A stretch of 64,000 nt of DNA, taken from the NCBI GenBank assembly GCA_047946875.1, contig CP181398.1, positions 1,064,409-1,128,408 on the forward strand, given 5' to 3'. The notes beneath the pieces are model-generated. The model worked only from the letters and a program-made list of their open reading frames with translations, was not told where the DNA came from and made no database searches. Within the stretch, counting starts at the first letter, position 1. Every line of letters begins with the position of its first letter. Positions 1 through 9,536 of this stretch are shown piece after piece. The translations under genes and the position numbers were made by a program. The DNA comes from Candidatus Kerfeldbacteria bacterium (GTDB lineage Bacteria; Patescibacteriota; Patescibacteriia; UBA10025; JAHIVO01).

Positions 1-378
1 TCTTCCGAATATATACAGGTTTGGAAAACAGAGTGGTGGAACCCAGGCGAAGCCAGTTCAAATCAGAACGGACAACAAGGAGCTTCCGGTAGTTGTTATG
101 TTCCGGGCGTTGGTTGTAAGGATAATACAAAAAATGAATGTGACCCAATAACAACAAGTTTTGGAGCAGGCGATTGGACGCAAGGTCAGGCATGTGACAA
201 TATAACAGGTTGGCTAAATTTTAAAGATAATCACCTTATAGGGACTTCATGTTGCACTACAGGAACTTTGCCATTATATGACTCGTGTGATTTAATGAAT
301 GATAATTATTGCTTAGATTTTCCTGGCTCTGTAGGTAATACAAACCAATGTGGTATCTTAGGTGGCTGCGCATTATAA
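1..378 (+). CDS. 3' fragment (last ~125 codons) of a cysteine-rich, Gly/Thr/Asn-rich secreted-type protein; the ORF enters from upstream of the window
   Basis: Frame 1 is open from base 1 to TAA at 376-378. The translation has 10 Cys (…CYVPGVGCKDNTKNECDP…TSCCTTGTLPLYDSCDLMNDNYCLDFPG…). No family recognised. Confidence 0.3.
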   Translation, partial: SSEYIQVWKTEWWNPGEASSNQNGQQGASGSCYVPGVGCKDNTKNECDPITTSFGAGDWTQGQACDNITGWLNFKDNHLIGTSCCTTGTLPLYDSCDLMNDNYCLDFPGSVGNTNQCGILGGCAL

Positions 379-407
379 TTTCTCAACTAATAGTATATAT
401 AAATAAT

Positions 408-767
408 ATGAAAAAAAAGACATTCCTCATAGCATTAATAATTATTAACGTTGTTATATTTATTGTCCCCACTCTAGTATTTGCTCAAACTTTGCCAAAT
501 CCTATCACAGGCGGCAATGACAAGGTTGACGTTGTTACAATTATGTTAAGAGTGATGCAAATTGCCTTAGCTGTTGTAGATATTTTTGCCTTATTTATGT
601 TTATCTTAGGTGGCTTTGAATTCCTTATCTCTGCTGGTAACCCCGAAAGAGTAAAAAAAGCAAAAGATACTTTAGTTTGGGCGACTGTTGGTATTTTGGT
701 AATTACCTTAAGCTATACTATCCTAAAATATATTTTTGAACAAGTTTCAAAAGGGTTTGGTGCATAA
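408..767 (+). CDS. Small secreted two-helix membrane protein, VirB2/TrbC-like (T4SS-type) pilin candidate; paralog of 848..1201
   Basis: Start MKKKTFLIALIIINVVIFIVPTLVFA looks like a signal peptide. The mature part has two hydrophobic helices separated by the loop GGFEFLISAGNPERVKKAKD, the same architecture and loop as the next gene. The track start at 348 is probably an upstream extension. Confidence 0.5.
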   Translation: MKKKTFLIALIIINVVIFIVPTLVFAQTLPNPITGGNDKVDVVTIMLRVMQIALAVVDIFALFMFILGGFEFLISAGNPERVKKAKDTLVWATVGILVITLSYTILKYIFEQVSKGFGA

Positions 768-778
768 TTGAAAAGAAC

Positions 779-807
779 TTGACAAAATCCTTATTTATGC
801 TTATAAT
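779..807 (+). promoter_or_regulatory. Sigma70-type promoter: TTGACA (779-784), 17-nt spacer, TATAAT (802-807)
   Basis: Exact consensus hexamers read directly. A GGGGGTG ribosome-binding site follows, then the ATG at 848. Confidence 0.55.
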
Positions 808-847
808 TGTCTTATAAAGAACTATCTTATTTTGGAAAGGGGGTGAA

Positions 848-1201
848 ATGAAAATGAAAAAAATTATATTTGGTTTAATGGCTTTTGCTCTACTAGTACC
901 ATTTGCTGTTTCAGCTATTACAGTTGATACTGCTTTAGGAACCTCATTAGAGTTAGGTACTGCTGATTTAGAAGCAACAGTAATTAACATTGTCCAATGG
1001 GCATTAGGTTTCTTAGGTTTAGTAGCTGTTATTATGATTTTGCTCGGTGGTTTCCAATGGATGACTGCTGGTGGTAATGAAGAAAAAGTTGCATCTGCAA
1101 AGAAAATTATCTCTGCTGCTGTAATCGGTTTAATTATTGTATTATTAGCATGGGCTATCGTAATATTTGTTGTATCTCAGACTACTACAGTAACCAACTA
1201 A
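848..1201 (+). CDS. VirB2/TrbC-like pilin candidate (secreted two-helix membrane protein), paralog of 408..767
   Basis: Signal peptide MKMKKIIFGLMAFALLVPFAVSA. Loop GGFQWMTAGGNEEKVASAKK lies between two hydrophobic helices, parallel to the upstream paralog (ILGGFEFLISAGNPERVKKAK). Confidence 0.55.
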   Translation: MKMKKIIFGLMAFALLVPFAVSAITVDTALGTSLELGTADLEATVINIVQWALGFLGLVAVIMILLGGFQWMTAGGNEEKVASAKKIISAAVIGLIIVLLAWAIVIFVVSQTTTVTN

Positions 1202-1235
1202 CACTTAGCTAATATTTGATAATAGAAATATATAT

Positions 1236-1268
1236 CCCCCTCGCAAATGCGAGGGGGGTTTGTTTTAT
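1236..1268 (+). terminator. Rho-independent terminator
   Basis: CCCCCTCGCAAATGCGAGGGGGG forms a GC-rich hairpin, followed by TTTGTTTT. Confidence 0.75.
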
Positions 1269-1322
1269 GCAAAAATCTAAGCTAAAATTAACTTAACTCA
1301 AAATTATACATTTATTATTACT

Positions 1323-3296
1323 ATGAATTTAATTATAGCAGTACAAATCTTTGTTAATAAACACAATAAAAAAATTACCATAGGTTTAGTTATTGGGTAT
1401 ATAATTTTTATTTCCCTTCTCTTAATTGCAAAATATAATGCTTTTGGATTTACCGCTCTTGATTTAGGAATATACAATCAAGTCTTTTTTAATACCACTG
1501 AAGGAAGACTCTTCGAAATGAGCATTCATCCACATTCTTATTTAGGGGATCATTTTGAATTATTTATTTTGGTCTTAATACCTCTCTATAAAATATTTGC
1601 CTCTCCGATAACGTTATTAATATTACAAACTATTTTTATTGGTTTAGCCGCGTGGCCACTATACTTAATAGCAAAACAAAAATTAAGTTCCTCCTGGTCA
1701 TTAATGGTTATTCTAATTTTTTTATTTAATCCATTAATTTTAAATTTACAGTTTTTTGAATTTCATATTTTACCATTTGCAATATTTACACTACTTTTTT
1801 CCTTTTATTTTTATTACAAAAATAAATTCACTCCTTTTTTAATTTTTATTTTAATATCAATTATCATTAGAGAAGATGTTTCTTTAGTTATAATAATGTT
1901 TGGTATACTTGCCTGGATAGACAAAAGAGATTTAAAATGGATTCTTACTCCTATCATAATCGGTGTAAGTTGGTTTATTATGGCTATGCAACTTACGGGC
2001 TATTTTAATCAATCTGGAAATTATAAATTCCTTTCAATGTATGGATGGCTAGGCAATAGTATGTCAGAAATGATAAAAAATATTTTTACTAAACCTTGGA
2101 TTTTATTAAAACAAATTTTTAGCTTCAATAACATATTGTCGGTTGTAGGTATTTTCTTGCCCCTTGCTGCGCTCCCATTATTAAAACCAAAATATTTAAT
2201 TCCATCAATTTTAGTTGGCGGTCAGTTACTACTACTTAGTGCTTCAAGTGCAATTATACTGAAGACTCATTATACTTCCCTACTATTACCTTTTATATTT
2301 ATTTCTCTTATTTTTTCTTTGAAATATTTTATTCAAACGACATCTTCAAGAAATAAATTATTTCAATTTTTTATAGAACAGAGAATATTATTCTTTGCGA
2401 TATTTTTTACAGCCATTATCTACTCCTTCTTAACGATTAGCCCTATAATTCCTGCTATTTCTAGCCTATTTAATGAAGATAAAGCCAATATAAAAGTAGC
2501 AAATGAATTAATAAAACAAGTATCAGCTAGTGAGAGCGTTATTTCAAGTTTTAAATATTTACCTAATCTTTCAGATCGTGTAAATGTATATTCTCTACAT
2601 TATGCCTTTTTTGGTAAAAAACAATTTACCGATATAGATTTTGATATCAATGTTCCAATAGATAAAGCAATAATTGATTTTAACGATTACACAATCTATT
2701 ATCTTCAATCAAAGTATTCATCAAATAAAACAGGGCTATACCCAGATGGCGCGGAAAGAATTAAAAATATTATTGCAGAACATAATCTTAAATTAACTTC
2801 TATTACAGACACTCAAGCTATCTTTACAAAAAATGCCTTAACGGATATCAAGCTTATCAATGAAAATATTTTACCAACAATAAATAATATTAATGAAAAA
2901 ATTAATGATAACTTGACGTTGCTCGCAATCAATAAATCTACAAATATTTTTAGTACTTTGCCACTTAAATTTTTCTGGCAAGTTAATAACAAAATTGAAG
3001 ATAATTATTTTATCCAACTTAGACTCACGAACAAAAATAGGGAAATTGAATATAGCAAAATATATCCAATTGGTTATGGGTTATATCCAACTAGTAGTTG
3101 GAAAAATAATATGGCTACTAACTATTGGTTTAGTCTCCCTGATAATTATTCTCTAGATACTTATCAACTCTCTTTTCAAGTCGTAAATATTATTGATGGT
3201 CGTCTAAATCTAGATGGTCAACGTTCAGCCGTAAAATCTATTTATAAATCAGAAAATATTGGTCCTGAAATTATTGTCGATTATAATAATTTATAA
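1323..3296 (+). CDS. Polytopic membrane protein, DUF2079-like (putative GT-C-type glycosyltransferase)
   Basis: Many TM helices. The N-terminal FTALDLGIYNQ…HPHSYLGDHFELFILVLIPLYKIFASPITLLILQTIF resembles the DUF2079 consensus as I recall it (fdlgifdQ…HfsPil…PlY). A large C-terminal non-membrane domain follows. Confidence 0.55.
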   Translation: MNLIIAVQIFVNKHNKKITIGLVIGYIIFISLLLIAKYNAFGFTALDLGIYNQVFFNTTEGRLFEMSIHPHSYLGDHFELFILVLIPLYKIFASPITLLILQTIFIGLAAWPLYLIAKQKLSSSWSLMVILIFLFNPLILNLQFFEFHILPFAIFTLLFSFYFYYKNKFTPFLIFILISIIIREDVSLVIIMFGILAWIDKRDLKWILTPIIIGVSWFIMAMQLTGYFNQSGNYKFLSMYGWLGNSMSEMIKNIFTKPWILLKQIFSFNNILSVVGIFLPLAALPLLKPKYLIPSILVGGQLLLLSASSAIILKTHYTSLLLPFIFISLIFSLKYFIQTTSSRNKLFQFFIEQRILFFAIFFTAIIYSFLTISPIIPAISSLFNEDKANIKVANELIKQVSASESVISSFKYLPNLSDRVNVYSLHYAFFGKKQFTDIDFDINVPIDKAIIDFNDYTIYYLQSKYSSNKTGLYPDGAERIKNIIAEHNLKLTSITDTQAIFTKNALTDIKLINENILPTINNINEKINDNLTLLAINKSTNIFSTLPLKFFWQVNNKIEDNYFIQLRLTNKNREIEYSKIYPIGYGLYPTSSWKNNMATNYWFSLPDNYSLDTYQLSFQVVNIIDGRLNLDGQRSAVKSIYKSENIGPEIIVDYNNL

Positions 3297-4915
3297 ATAG
3301 TTACTTCTTTATTAGAGTAAACATTATCCAAATAATTCTTAGTACTAGGATCATAAGTGCCTAGTGCTTTTTCTTTCCTACCAAAAAATATATAATCAAT
3401 ATTATTATTTATTAAGAAATCATACTTGAGCTCTGATTCATTATCATCTTCCCAAAACCAATATTGATATTCTTTTTTATTTAGCAAATCAACGGTCTGT
3501 GGGCTATGACCAATCCATACCACTCTACCAGAATGAGCGGGTATAAAACTACCCATATATTTACTAGAAAAAGTTATTTCATCTATAGTTATATTATCTC
3601 TTAACCAATGCATGGCATTCACCTCATCTTGATATATATAGTATGGCAGGTCTTTTGCTTTTGAATATAATGTTATATCCTGTCCAATTATTAAAAAATT
3701 TGTCATTGGTAAAAATAATAATAATATCATTACAAAAGCACTATTCCATAAGCTCCACTTACCTCTTTTAGACCTGATCCAATTAAACACAAATAAAATT
3801 CCTAACATAGCTAGAATTGCAATCGGTATGTGCAAACCTTCAGATAAGCGCCTCTGAAAAGATATTGGAACATATATAGCAATAGCAGAAGTAATAAACC
3901 ATGCAACAACGAAACTTTTTTTGTTATCCATTTTTTTGAAGACAGACCATAAGCCAAATATTAACATTGGTATTAAAAGTCCATATCCAATCAAATACAT
4001 CCATACACTAGGCGATGGAAGTATATTTTGTGACTGCCAAGCCCTAATTACCCAATCAGCCTTATTCATTAGATAAAAATATAATACTACTGGAATTGGA
4101 ATCAAGCATAAAACGGCATAATGTCTTATATAAGACCATGTTATCCCCTTATTTCTTAAGAAAATTATTAATAAATAAACAGCCAAAACACCATAAATTG
4201 TTGGACCATTGAATGGATGAAACCATAACATCAATAAACAGGCAAAGCCAGCCAAAACACTATATAAGTATTTATTCTTTTCAAAAGCTAATAACATAAA
4301 CAAAAATATTACTACTATTAATGTTAGAGAAGCTGTTAAATGTGGGGTATGAAAAAGGGTGGAAAAAGTAATACTTTCTGTTACCCAAATATCGGTTGGG
4401 TGTTCATATATATTACCTGTATCATACAAAAAAGGATTAAAAAAAGATCCTAAACCAGAAGAAAATAATATTATCAACAAAATTAATTTTCTTTTTTTTA
4501 TCTTTTTAAATAAGTATGACAAAAACAAATACATCACTGCCACAAAAATAAAAATTAAGATACTACGAACCACATGTATTGATAATAAATTTGACAAACT
4601 AAATATTTTAGCAACCCAACCAACTGTTAACCATAAAGGATTAGTATATATTCGTAATTGATCTTCCGAGGTATATAAGTTAATAAATATATTTTCGTCC
4701 TGCCTTACCTGCTCGATCATAGATAGAAATACATTAGTATCCCCTGGGGCAAAATGATGCAAACCAGTATAGACCATATCTTCTGGCGTACTAAAATAAC
4801 CATAAAGATATGGCACGGCTGTAATAATTACTAATAACGTTGCAATTCCTATTACCAGCCACCACTCTTTTTTATTTACAGATTTTATTAATTCTATCAT
4901 ACAAATAAGGCACAA
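3281..4915 (-). CDS. Polytopic membrane protein with C-terminal extracytoplasmic domain; GT-C-like glycosyltransferase candidate
   Basis: About 12 predicted hydrophobic helices and a ~150-aa hydrophilic C-terminus. It sits in the glycosylation locus. No specific family recognised. Confidence 0.4.
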   Translation of the reverse strand: MCLICMIELIKSVNKKEWWLVIGIATLLVIITAVPYLYGYFSTPEDMVYTGLHHFAPGDTNVFLSMIEQVRQDENIFINLYTSEDQLRIYTNPLWLTVGWVAKIFSLSNLLSIHVVRSILIFIFVAVMYLFLSYLFKKIKKRKLILLIILFSSGLGSFFNPFLYDTGNIYEHPTDIWVTESITFSTLFHTPHLTASLTLIVVIFLFMLLAFEKNKYLYSVLAGFACLLMLWFHPFNGPTIYGVLAVYLLIIFLRNKGITWSYIRHYAVLCLIPIPVVLYFYLMNKADWVIRAWQSQNILPSPSVWMYLIGYGLLIPMLIFGLWSVFKKMDNKKSFVVAWFITSAIAIYVPISFQRRLSEGLHIPIAILAMLGILFVFNWIRSKRGKWSLWNSAFVMILLLFLPMTNFLIIGQDITLYSKAKDLPYYIYQDEVNAMHWLRDNITIDEITFSSKYMGSFIPAHSGRVVWIGHSPQTVDLLNKKEYQYWFWEDDNESELKYDFLINNNIDYIFFGRKEKALGTYDPSTKNYLDNVYSNKEVTIYKLL

Positions 4916-4986
4916 ATGTGTATTACTATGTTATAATTATATCATATTATTACATTTTTTATGTGGTTAAATGCTATAAGATTCAG

Positions 4987-6486
4987 ATGAGTAAAATTTC
5001 TTCCAAAACCAAACTACTAATTATTATATTTGTTTTTTTGATAATCAAACAAATAATTTTTGTATTTGCTGTGCCAGCATGGAACAATCACGATGAACCT
5101 GCTCATTTTCATTACACTCAATATATTGTGGAAGAAAAAAAACTACCATTAAATGAAATCCCTATAACATCTCGCGGTTTATCATTTTCAGAAGCATATG
5201 CTGAATCAGAAATAATCACTGATTCAACCAGAATTATGAGAGGACCCAATGAACAATTTAGATTCTTAAACCAAAGATTTGATGAACAATACTCAAACTT
5301 CTCAACAATAAAAGAGGCCTTAATAAATAAGTCAGGTAAATATTTATCTATTACCGACAACCGAGATGAATATAATGATATTTATTACAAATTACCGCAA
5401 AATAATAAATTCATAAATTCGGCTGCAATCTACCAACCGCTTTACTATATTCTTGAAGCAATACCATATACAATACTTGGCAATCAAGACATTGTCACAC
5501 GTCTATACGCCATGAGATTATTCTCTAATATTTTTTATATTTTAACATTATTAGTATGCTATCTTATTGCAATGCGTATATCTAGAAACTTTAAATTCTC
5601 GTTAACACTTCTACTATTAATTGGATTGCTTCCAGTTTTTAGTCACTTAGTCGCTGGAGTTACAAATAATACTTTACTAATACTGATTGTTACTCTATTA
5701 ATATATTGGAGTGTAAGAGTATTTCAAAATATATCTACAAAGAATGTTATTTGGCTAGGCATTATTCTCGGACTTGGCATGCTTACAAAACCTGAGTTTA
5801 TAATTTTCGCATTTCCTACAATAATTCCGTTTATATACCACCTAGTTTTTACAAAAAAATGCAACATTAAATTGTTACTAAAATATTTTTTATACATCCT
5901 ATTACTTATTATTGTAATCTCTGGTTGGTGGCATTTATGGGTTTATCTACAGCAAGGAAATATTTTTTTAAGCTATATTACACTAGGAGAATCAGTAAGT
6001 ATTTCTATTGCTCAAATCATACAATTTTTAATTAGTAGGTGGATATATGCCTTCGTTAGCTATGGTTATGCTTTCGGGTTTGCCACAGAAATGATATTAC
6101 CTCTTTATATAATTTTTTGTGGTGTTATATTAAGTGCCTTATCTTTTTTTGGATATATTTATAAAACTTTTTTTACTAAAGATAAGATAAGTTCCGAAAA
6201 AAAAGCTATTGGTATATATCTTATTAGCGGTCTAGTTTTTATTGAACTATTCTTTCTATATTTATTTATTAAAACTTTAATTGCAGTTGGATATGCACGA
6301 TTTCCTATTGATGGTAGATACTACTTGCCACTGGTGTTTAATATATCATTTATTTTTTTACTTGGGATTCACTATCTATTACCAAAAAAAATTATAAATT
6401 TATCATACATAATATTAATAGTTAGTCTGCTAATAATGAACGTAATTTCAATATGGGAAATAATCCTTCTAAAATTTTATTTATAA
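4987..6486 (+). CDS. Polytopic membrane protein, DUF2142-like GT-C glycosyltransferase candidate
   Basis: Motif PAWNNHDEPAHFHYTQY in the first predicted loop resembles the DUF2142 DEpaHf motif and the PMT-family fDEvHf acidic motif. It is hydrophobic along its whole length. The likely start is ATG 4987 (MSKISSK), not the track start at 4918. Confidence 0.5.
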   Translation: MSKISSKTKLLIIIFVFLIIKQIIFVFAVPAWNNHDEPAHFHYTQYIVEEKKLPLNEIPITSRGLSFSEAYAESEIITDSTRIMRGPNEQFRFLNQRFDEQYSNFSTIKEALINKSGKYLSITDNRDEYNDIYYKLPQNNKFINSAAIYQPLYYILEAIPYTILGNQDIVTRLYAMRLFSNIFYILTLLVCYLIAMRISRNFKFSLTLLLLIGLLPVFSHLVAGVTNNTLLILIVTLLIYWSVRVFQNISTKNVIWLGIILGLGMLTKPEFIIFAFPTIIPFIYHLVFTKKCNIKLLLKYFLYILLLIIVISGWWHLWVYLQQGNIFLSYITLGESVSISIAQIIQFLISRWIYAFVSYGYAFGFATEMILPLYIIFCGVILSALSFFGYIYKTFFTKDKISSEKKAIGIYLISGLVFIELFFLYLFIKTLIAVGYARFPIDGRYYLPLVFNISFIFLLGIHYLLPKKIINLSYIILIVSLLIMNVISIWEIILLKFYL

Positions 6487-7178
6487 AATCTAAATCATTC
6501 ATTTTTTTAATAATATCTATATTAATATTAATCTTAATATTGGGATATTTATTTATTATAATAAATAATAATAACTACTTCAGCAAGGAAGGTGTGGTTT
6601 TGGGTAATTATAAAGAAATTGAAGAAATTAAATTTCCACCTAATAGTACTATTGAAATTAAACAAGAAATATATAGTCGCCTTGACAATTTAGGTAAGAT
6701 AATAATTTCTCTTAGAACAAATAAGCTTATCATCTTGGATTTAAAATTAAAAAATAAATCTGATAATCAAATTATTAGACAAAAAAGTATATCAACAAAA
6801 TTAACTAATGGCGGTATAGAAATATTAGAATGGATAATAGACCCAATTTCTAATTCTAACAATAAAGATTATATATTACTTATTAGCACATTATCTAGTT
6901 CTGATTTGATATTTTATACGGTCGAACCCGAAAGATATGATGGTGGCAGTTTAATAATTAATAATAAAATTAATGATGATAGCCGAATAATAGTTGATTG
7001 GGAATATTATACCGCAAATCCTCTACAAATAATTTATCATTATCTTCCATTTTATAAGCCTGAAATATTTAATAATGCAGCAACTTATATTATATTAACT
7101 ATATTATTCTTTACTCTTCAAACATTAATAACATGGGAAATATTAAATATATTTCTTAATAAAAATGATGAGAACTAG
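6453..7178 (+). CDS. Hypothetical membrane-anchored protein
   Basis: N-terminal hydrophobic segment (FIFLIISILILILILGYLFII) and a C-terminal hydrophobic segment. Overlaps the previous ORF. Start uncertain. Confidence 0.35.
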   Translation: MGNNPSKILFIKSKSFIFLIISILILILILGYLFIIINNNNYFSKEGVVLGNYKEIEEIKFPPNSTIEIKQEIYSRLDNLGKIIISLRTNKLIILDLKLKNKSDNQIIRQKSISTKLTNGGIEILEWIIDPISNSNNKDYILLISTLSSSDLIFYTVEPERYDGGSLIINNKINDDSRIIVDWEYYTANPLQIIYHYLPFYKPEIFNNAATYIILTILFFTLQTLITWEILNIFLNKNDEN

Positions 7179-8079
7179 TTCCAAAATACTTCAAAAAATA
7201 GGTCAAATTCTAATATATGTAGTTATATTTATTTTTATTGGGAAAATACTTTCAAATAATTGGTCAGACATTTCAGTATCTTTAAAATCAGCAAATTATT
7301 TATTACTACTATCAGGAATATTTCTAATAGTACTAATTTTATATTTACAAAGTTACATTTGGCATCTTCTACTTAAACAATCAAATAATACTCTAAAATT
7401 TTCTGCTTCATTTATTACCTATTTCAAATCAGTTATTACTAGATACCTTCCGGGTGGTATATGGGTATATTTTGCAAGAACATACCTTACGGGTAAACTA
7501 GGTTTTAAAAAAACCCAAATTATTTTTTTGATTCTTATTGAATCGCTTTTTGTAGTTGCCACTGGATCCATATCAATATTATTATTTCAGCCGCCTTCGG
7601 ATATATATATCATCATTGCAATTTTATCTATCATACTTACAATTACTGGATTTGTTTTTATTTTTTCACCTTCTTTTTTTATTAAGATTTATAAAACTTT
7701 CTACAACAAAATACTATCAATTATTCCCCTAAATAGGCAAACCATAGCTAAAGCAACTTCTCTATATTTTATTTTATGGATATTATCTGGATTATTTTTA
7801 TATATTATTATTAACGCTTTTACTCCACTCGGTGTAGATAACATTCCATCATTAATTGGTATTTATGCAATAAGCTGGGTAGTTGGATTCGTTGTATTTT
7901 TTATGCCCTCAGGGATTGGTGTTAGAGATGTTTTTTTGATTATTTTACTAAGCACTATTGTCAGTGTACCAATCGCCACATTAGTTGCATTGATAGCAAG
8001 AATAGTATTCTTGATAGGTGAGATAATTTGTTTTTTTATAAGCTTAATTATTGAAAAAAAACATCCCTTACCAAATTAG
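7165..8079 (+). CDS. Flippase-like membrane protein (UPF0104 / LPG-synthase-TM-like)
   Basis: About 8 TM helices and the motif YLPGGIWVYFARTYL, which matches the lPggiGe..R signature of this family as I recall it. This family is often found with glycosyltransferases. Confidence 0.5.
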   Translation: MMRTSSKILQKIGQILIYVVIFIFIGKILSNNWSDISVSLKSANYLLLLSGIFLIVLILYLQSYIWHLLLKQSNNTLKFSASFITYFKSVITRYLPGGIWVYFARTYLTGKLGFKKTQIIFLILIESLFVVATGSISILLFQPPSDIYIIIAILSIILTITGFVFIFSPSFFIKIYKTFYNKILSIIPLNRQTIAKATSLYFILWILSGLFLYIIINAFTPLGVDNIPSLIGIYAISWVVGFVVFFMPSGIGVRDVFLIILLSTIVSVPIATLVALIARIVFLIGEIICFFISLIIEKKHPLPN

Positions 8080-8099
8080 GCTAAAAGTTTATTTTTTAG

Positions 8100-8777
8100 C
8101 TATTTTTTTAAAATAAAAATATTTGTAGGAAAAAAGAATTGTATATTTTTTAACAGCCACACTGGCCACCCACTAAATATTTTAACCTGACTGTTGAATT
8201 TATTCGGGTTATTTAATATATATGAACTATATTCTTTAACCTCAAACCTTGTGTTAATACTTTTTTTCAGATTAATATAACATGGTAAATCTATATTCTC
8301 CAGAGGCGCTTCAAATCTAATATATTTACTTAAGTACTTTACTATTAAATAATTAATTTTATTTGGAAAATAATGAACAAATGGAATTTTATAATGAGGT
8401 TCGATAGGGAAAATTCTGTTTGGTGAACCAAAATATGCAATTCCACCATCTTTTAAAAGTCGTTTTATTTCATTTATATGTTTTTCATGATTCCCCGTGT
8501 GTTCAATAACCATATTAGAAATAATAATATCAAATGAAGAATCCTGACATTCTACATCCCCACTAATGATATTGTAAAAGTTTCCATCTTTTTTCAATCT
8601 ATAATCACTAATATCTGCATAACTTACTCGATTGTCATTTGAAAAATAATCCCCGATCAACCCAGATCCAGATCCAAGATCTAATATTCTAAAATTCTTA
8701 ACTGATTTACCTAGATAATCTTTTAGAACTGCTTCAATTTTCTTATATTTTATTTCTCGATTTTTTTCTGAATACAT
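8100..8777 (-). CDS. Class I SAM-dependent methyltransferase
   Basis: Motif I ILDLGSGSGLIGDY. A Methyltransf_11-like post-motif reads MVIEHTGNHEKHINEIKRLLKDGG. Confidence 0.8.
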   Translation of the reverse strand: MYSEKNREIKYKKIEAVLKDYLGKSVKNFRILDLGSGSGLIGDYFSNDNRVSYADISDYRLKKDGNFYNIISGDVECQDSSFDIIISNMVIEHTGNHEKHINEIKRLLKDGGIAYFGSPNRIFPIEPHYKIPFVHYFPNKINYLIVKYLSKYIRFEAPLENIDLPCYINLKKSINTRFEVKEYSSYILNNPNKFNSQVKIFSGWPVWLLKNIQFFFPTNIFILKK

Positions 8778-8786
8778 AAAAAATAA

Positions 8787-9536
8787 TTAAAATTTGTTGT
8801 CAATAAAAATCTTCGTTCGGTTTTCTTTATTAGGAAGTGGAAAATATTGACTTTTAGATTGCTTAGTACTATTTTGTTTACTATCAGATACAAATTTTAT
8901 AATTTCTTCTGAAATAACTTCTATTTTCTTTGATAAATTTATCTCTACACTTATATGAAGAGGTAAAATTGGACCTTTTATTTCAGATTGACTTATAATA
9001 TTACCATTATCGATCTGTTCATCGAGCAAATGTGCAGTTATACCAAATTTTTTATCTTTAAATAATAGCCCCCAAATTATTGGTTCTGGACCGCGATAAG
9101 ATGGTAAAAAAGATGGATGAATATTTATACAAAAATTAAATGAATTAATAAAATCATTACTCACAATTTTTCCAAATCCACATGTAATTACCAGCTCAAT
9201 ACCTGACTCCTTTAATTGATTAATTATATCAATCTCATCTTTTTTATATGACCATTTCAATAATTTTATTCCTTTATTTTTTATTTTTTTCTGAGATATG
9301 CACCAGTTAAATATAATATAAAAAACTTTTTTTATTGTCATCTGCCATATATACCACAAACCATATTCTCTAAAAGTATGAATAAAAAATGATTTCTTCT
9401 TTACTTTATTCGAAATAACTAATGCCTTTAAATCAGTATTAATTAATAAATATTGATACATTTTATTTAAAATAGGACCTGATCCACCCGTTAATAATGC
9501 CACTTTTATTTTCTTGTTATTATTTTTTATTTCCAT
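8787..9536 (-). CDS. Formyltransferase-domain protein (sugar N-formyltransferase or ArnA N-domain-like)
   Basis: IHPSFLPSYRGPEPIIWGLL and GITAHLLDEQIDNGNII correspond to the HPSLLP.yRG and H..D motifs of the formyl-transferase fold. Confidence 0.75.
   Translation of the reverse strand: MEIKNNNKKIKVALLTGGSGPILNKMYQYLLINTDLKALVISNKVKKKSFFIHTFREYGLWYIWQMTIKKVFYIIFNWCISQKKIKNKGIKLLKWSYKKDEIDIINQLKESGIELVITCGFGKIVSNDFINSFNFCINIHPSFLPSYRGPEPIIWGLLFKDKKFGITAHLLDEQIDNGNIISQSEIKGPILPLHISVEINLSKKIEVISEEIIKFVSDSKQNSTKQSKSQYFPLPNKENRTKIFIDNKF

Noticed and set aside
718-990. Minus-strand ORF overlapping both pilin genes and the promoter
   Set aside because: Antisense to two well-supported genes. Low-complexity translation. 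Typical AT-rich shadow ORF.
4359-4661. Plus-strand ORF inside the 3281..4915 membrane-protein gene. The same applies to 5118..5360, 9885..10196, 10569..10763, 11369..11725, 13129..13320, 16852..17094, 20402..20653, 22149..22569, 24278..24520, 27448..27648, 28383..28586, 32616..32846, 33198..33389, 34662..34859, 35162..35344, 37758..38063, 38626..38862, 41345..41572, 41845..42048, 43437..43718, 49384..49680, 50554..50736, 51546..51734, 56057..56678, 57564..58036, 59580..59924, 60557..60757, 62226..62517
   Set aside because: All lie antisense or out of frame within longer ORFs that have clear family motifs. None has start signals or recognisable domains.
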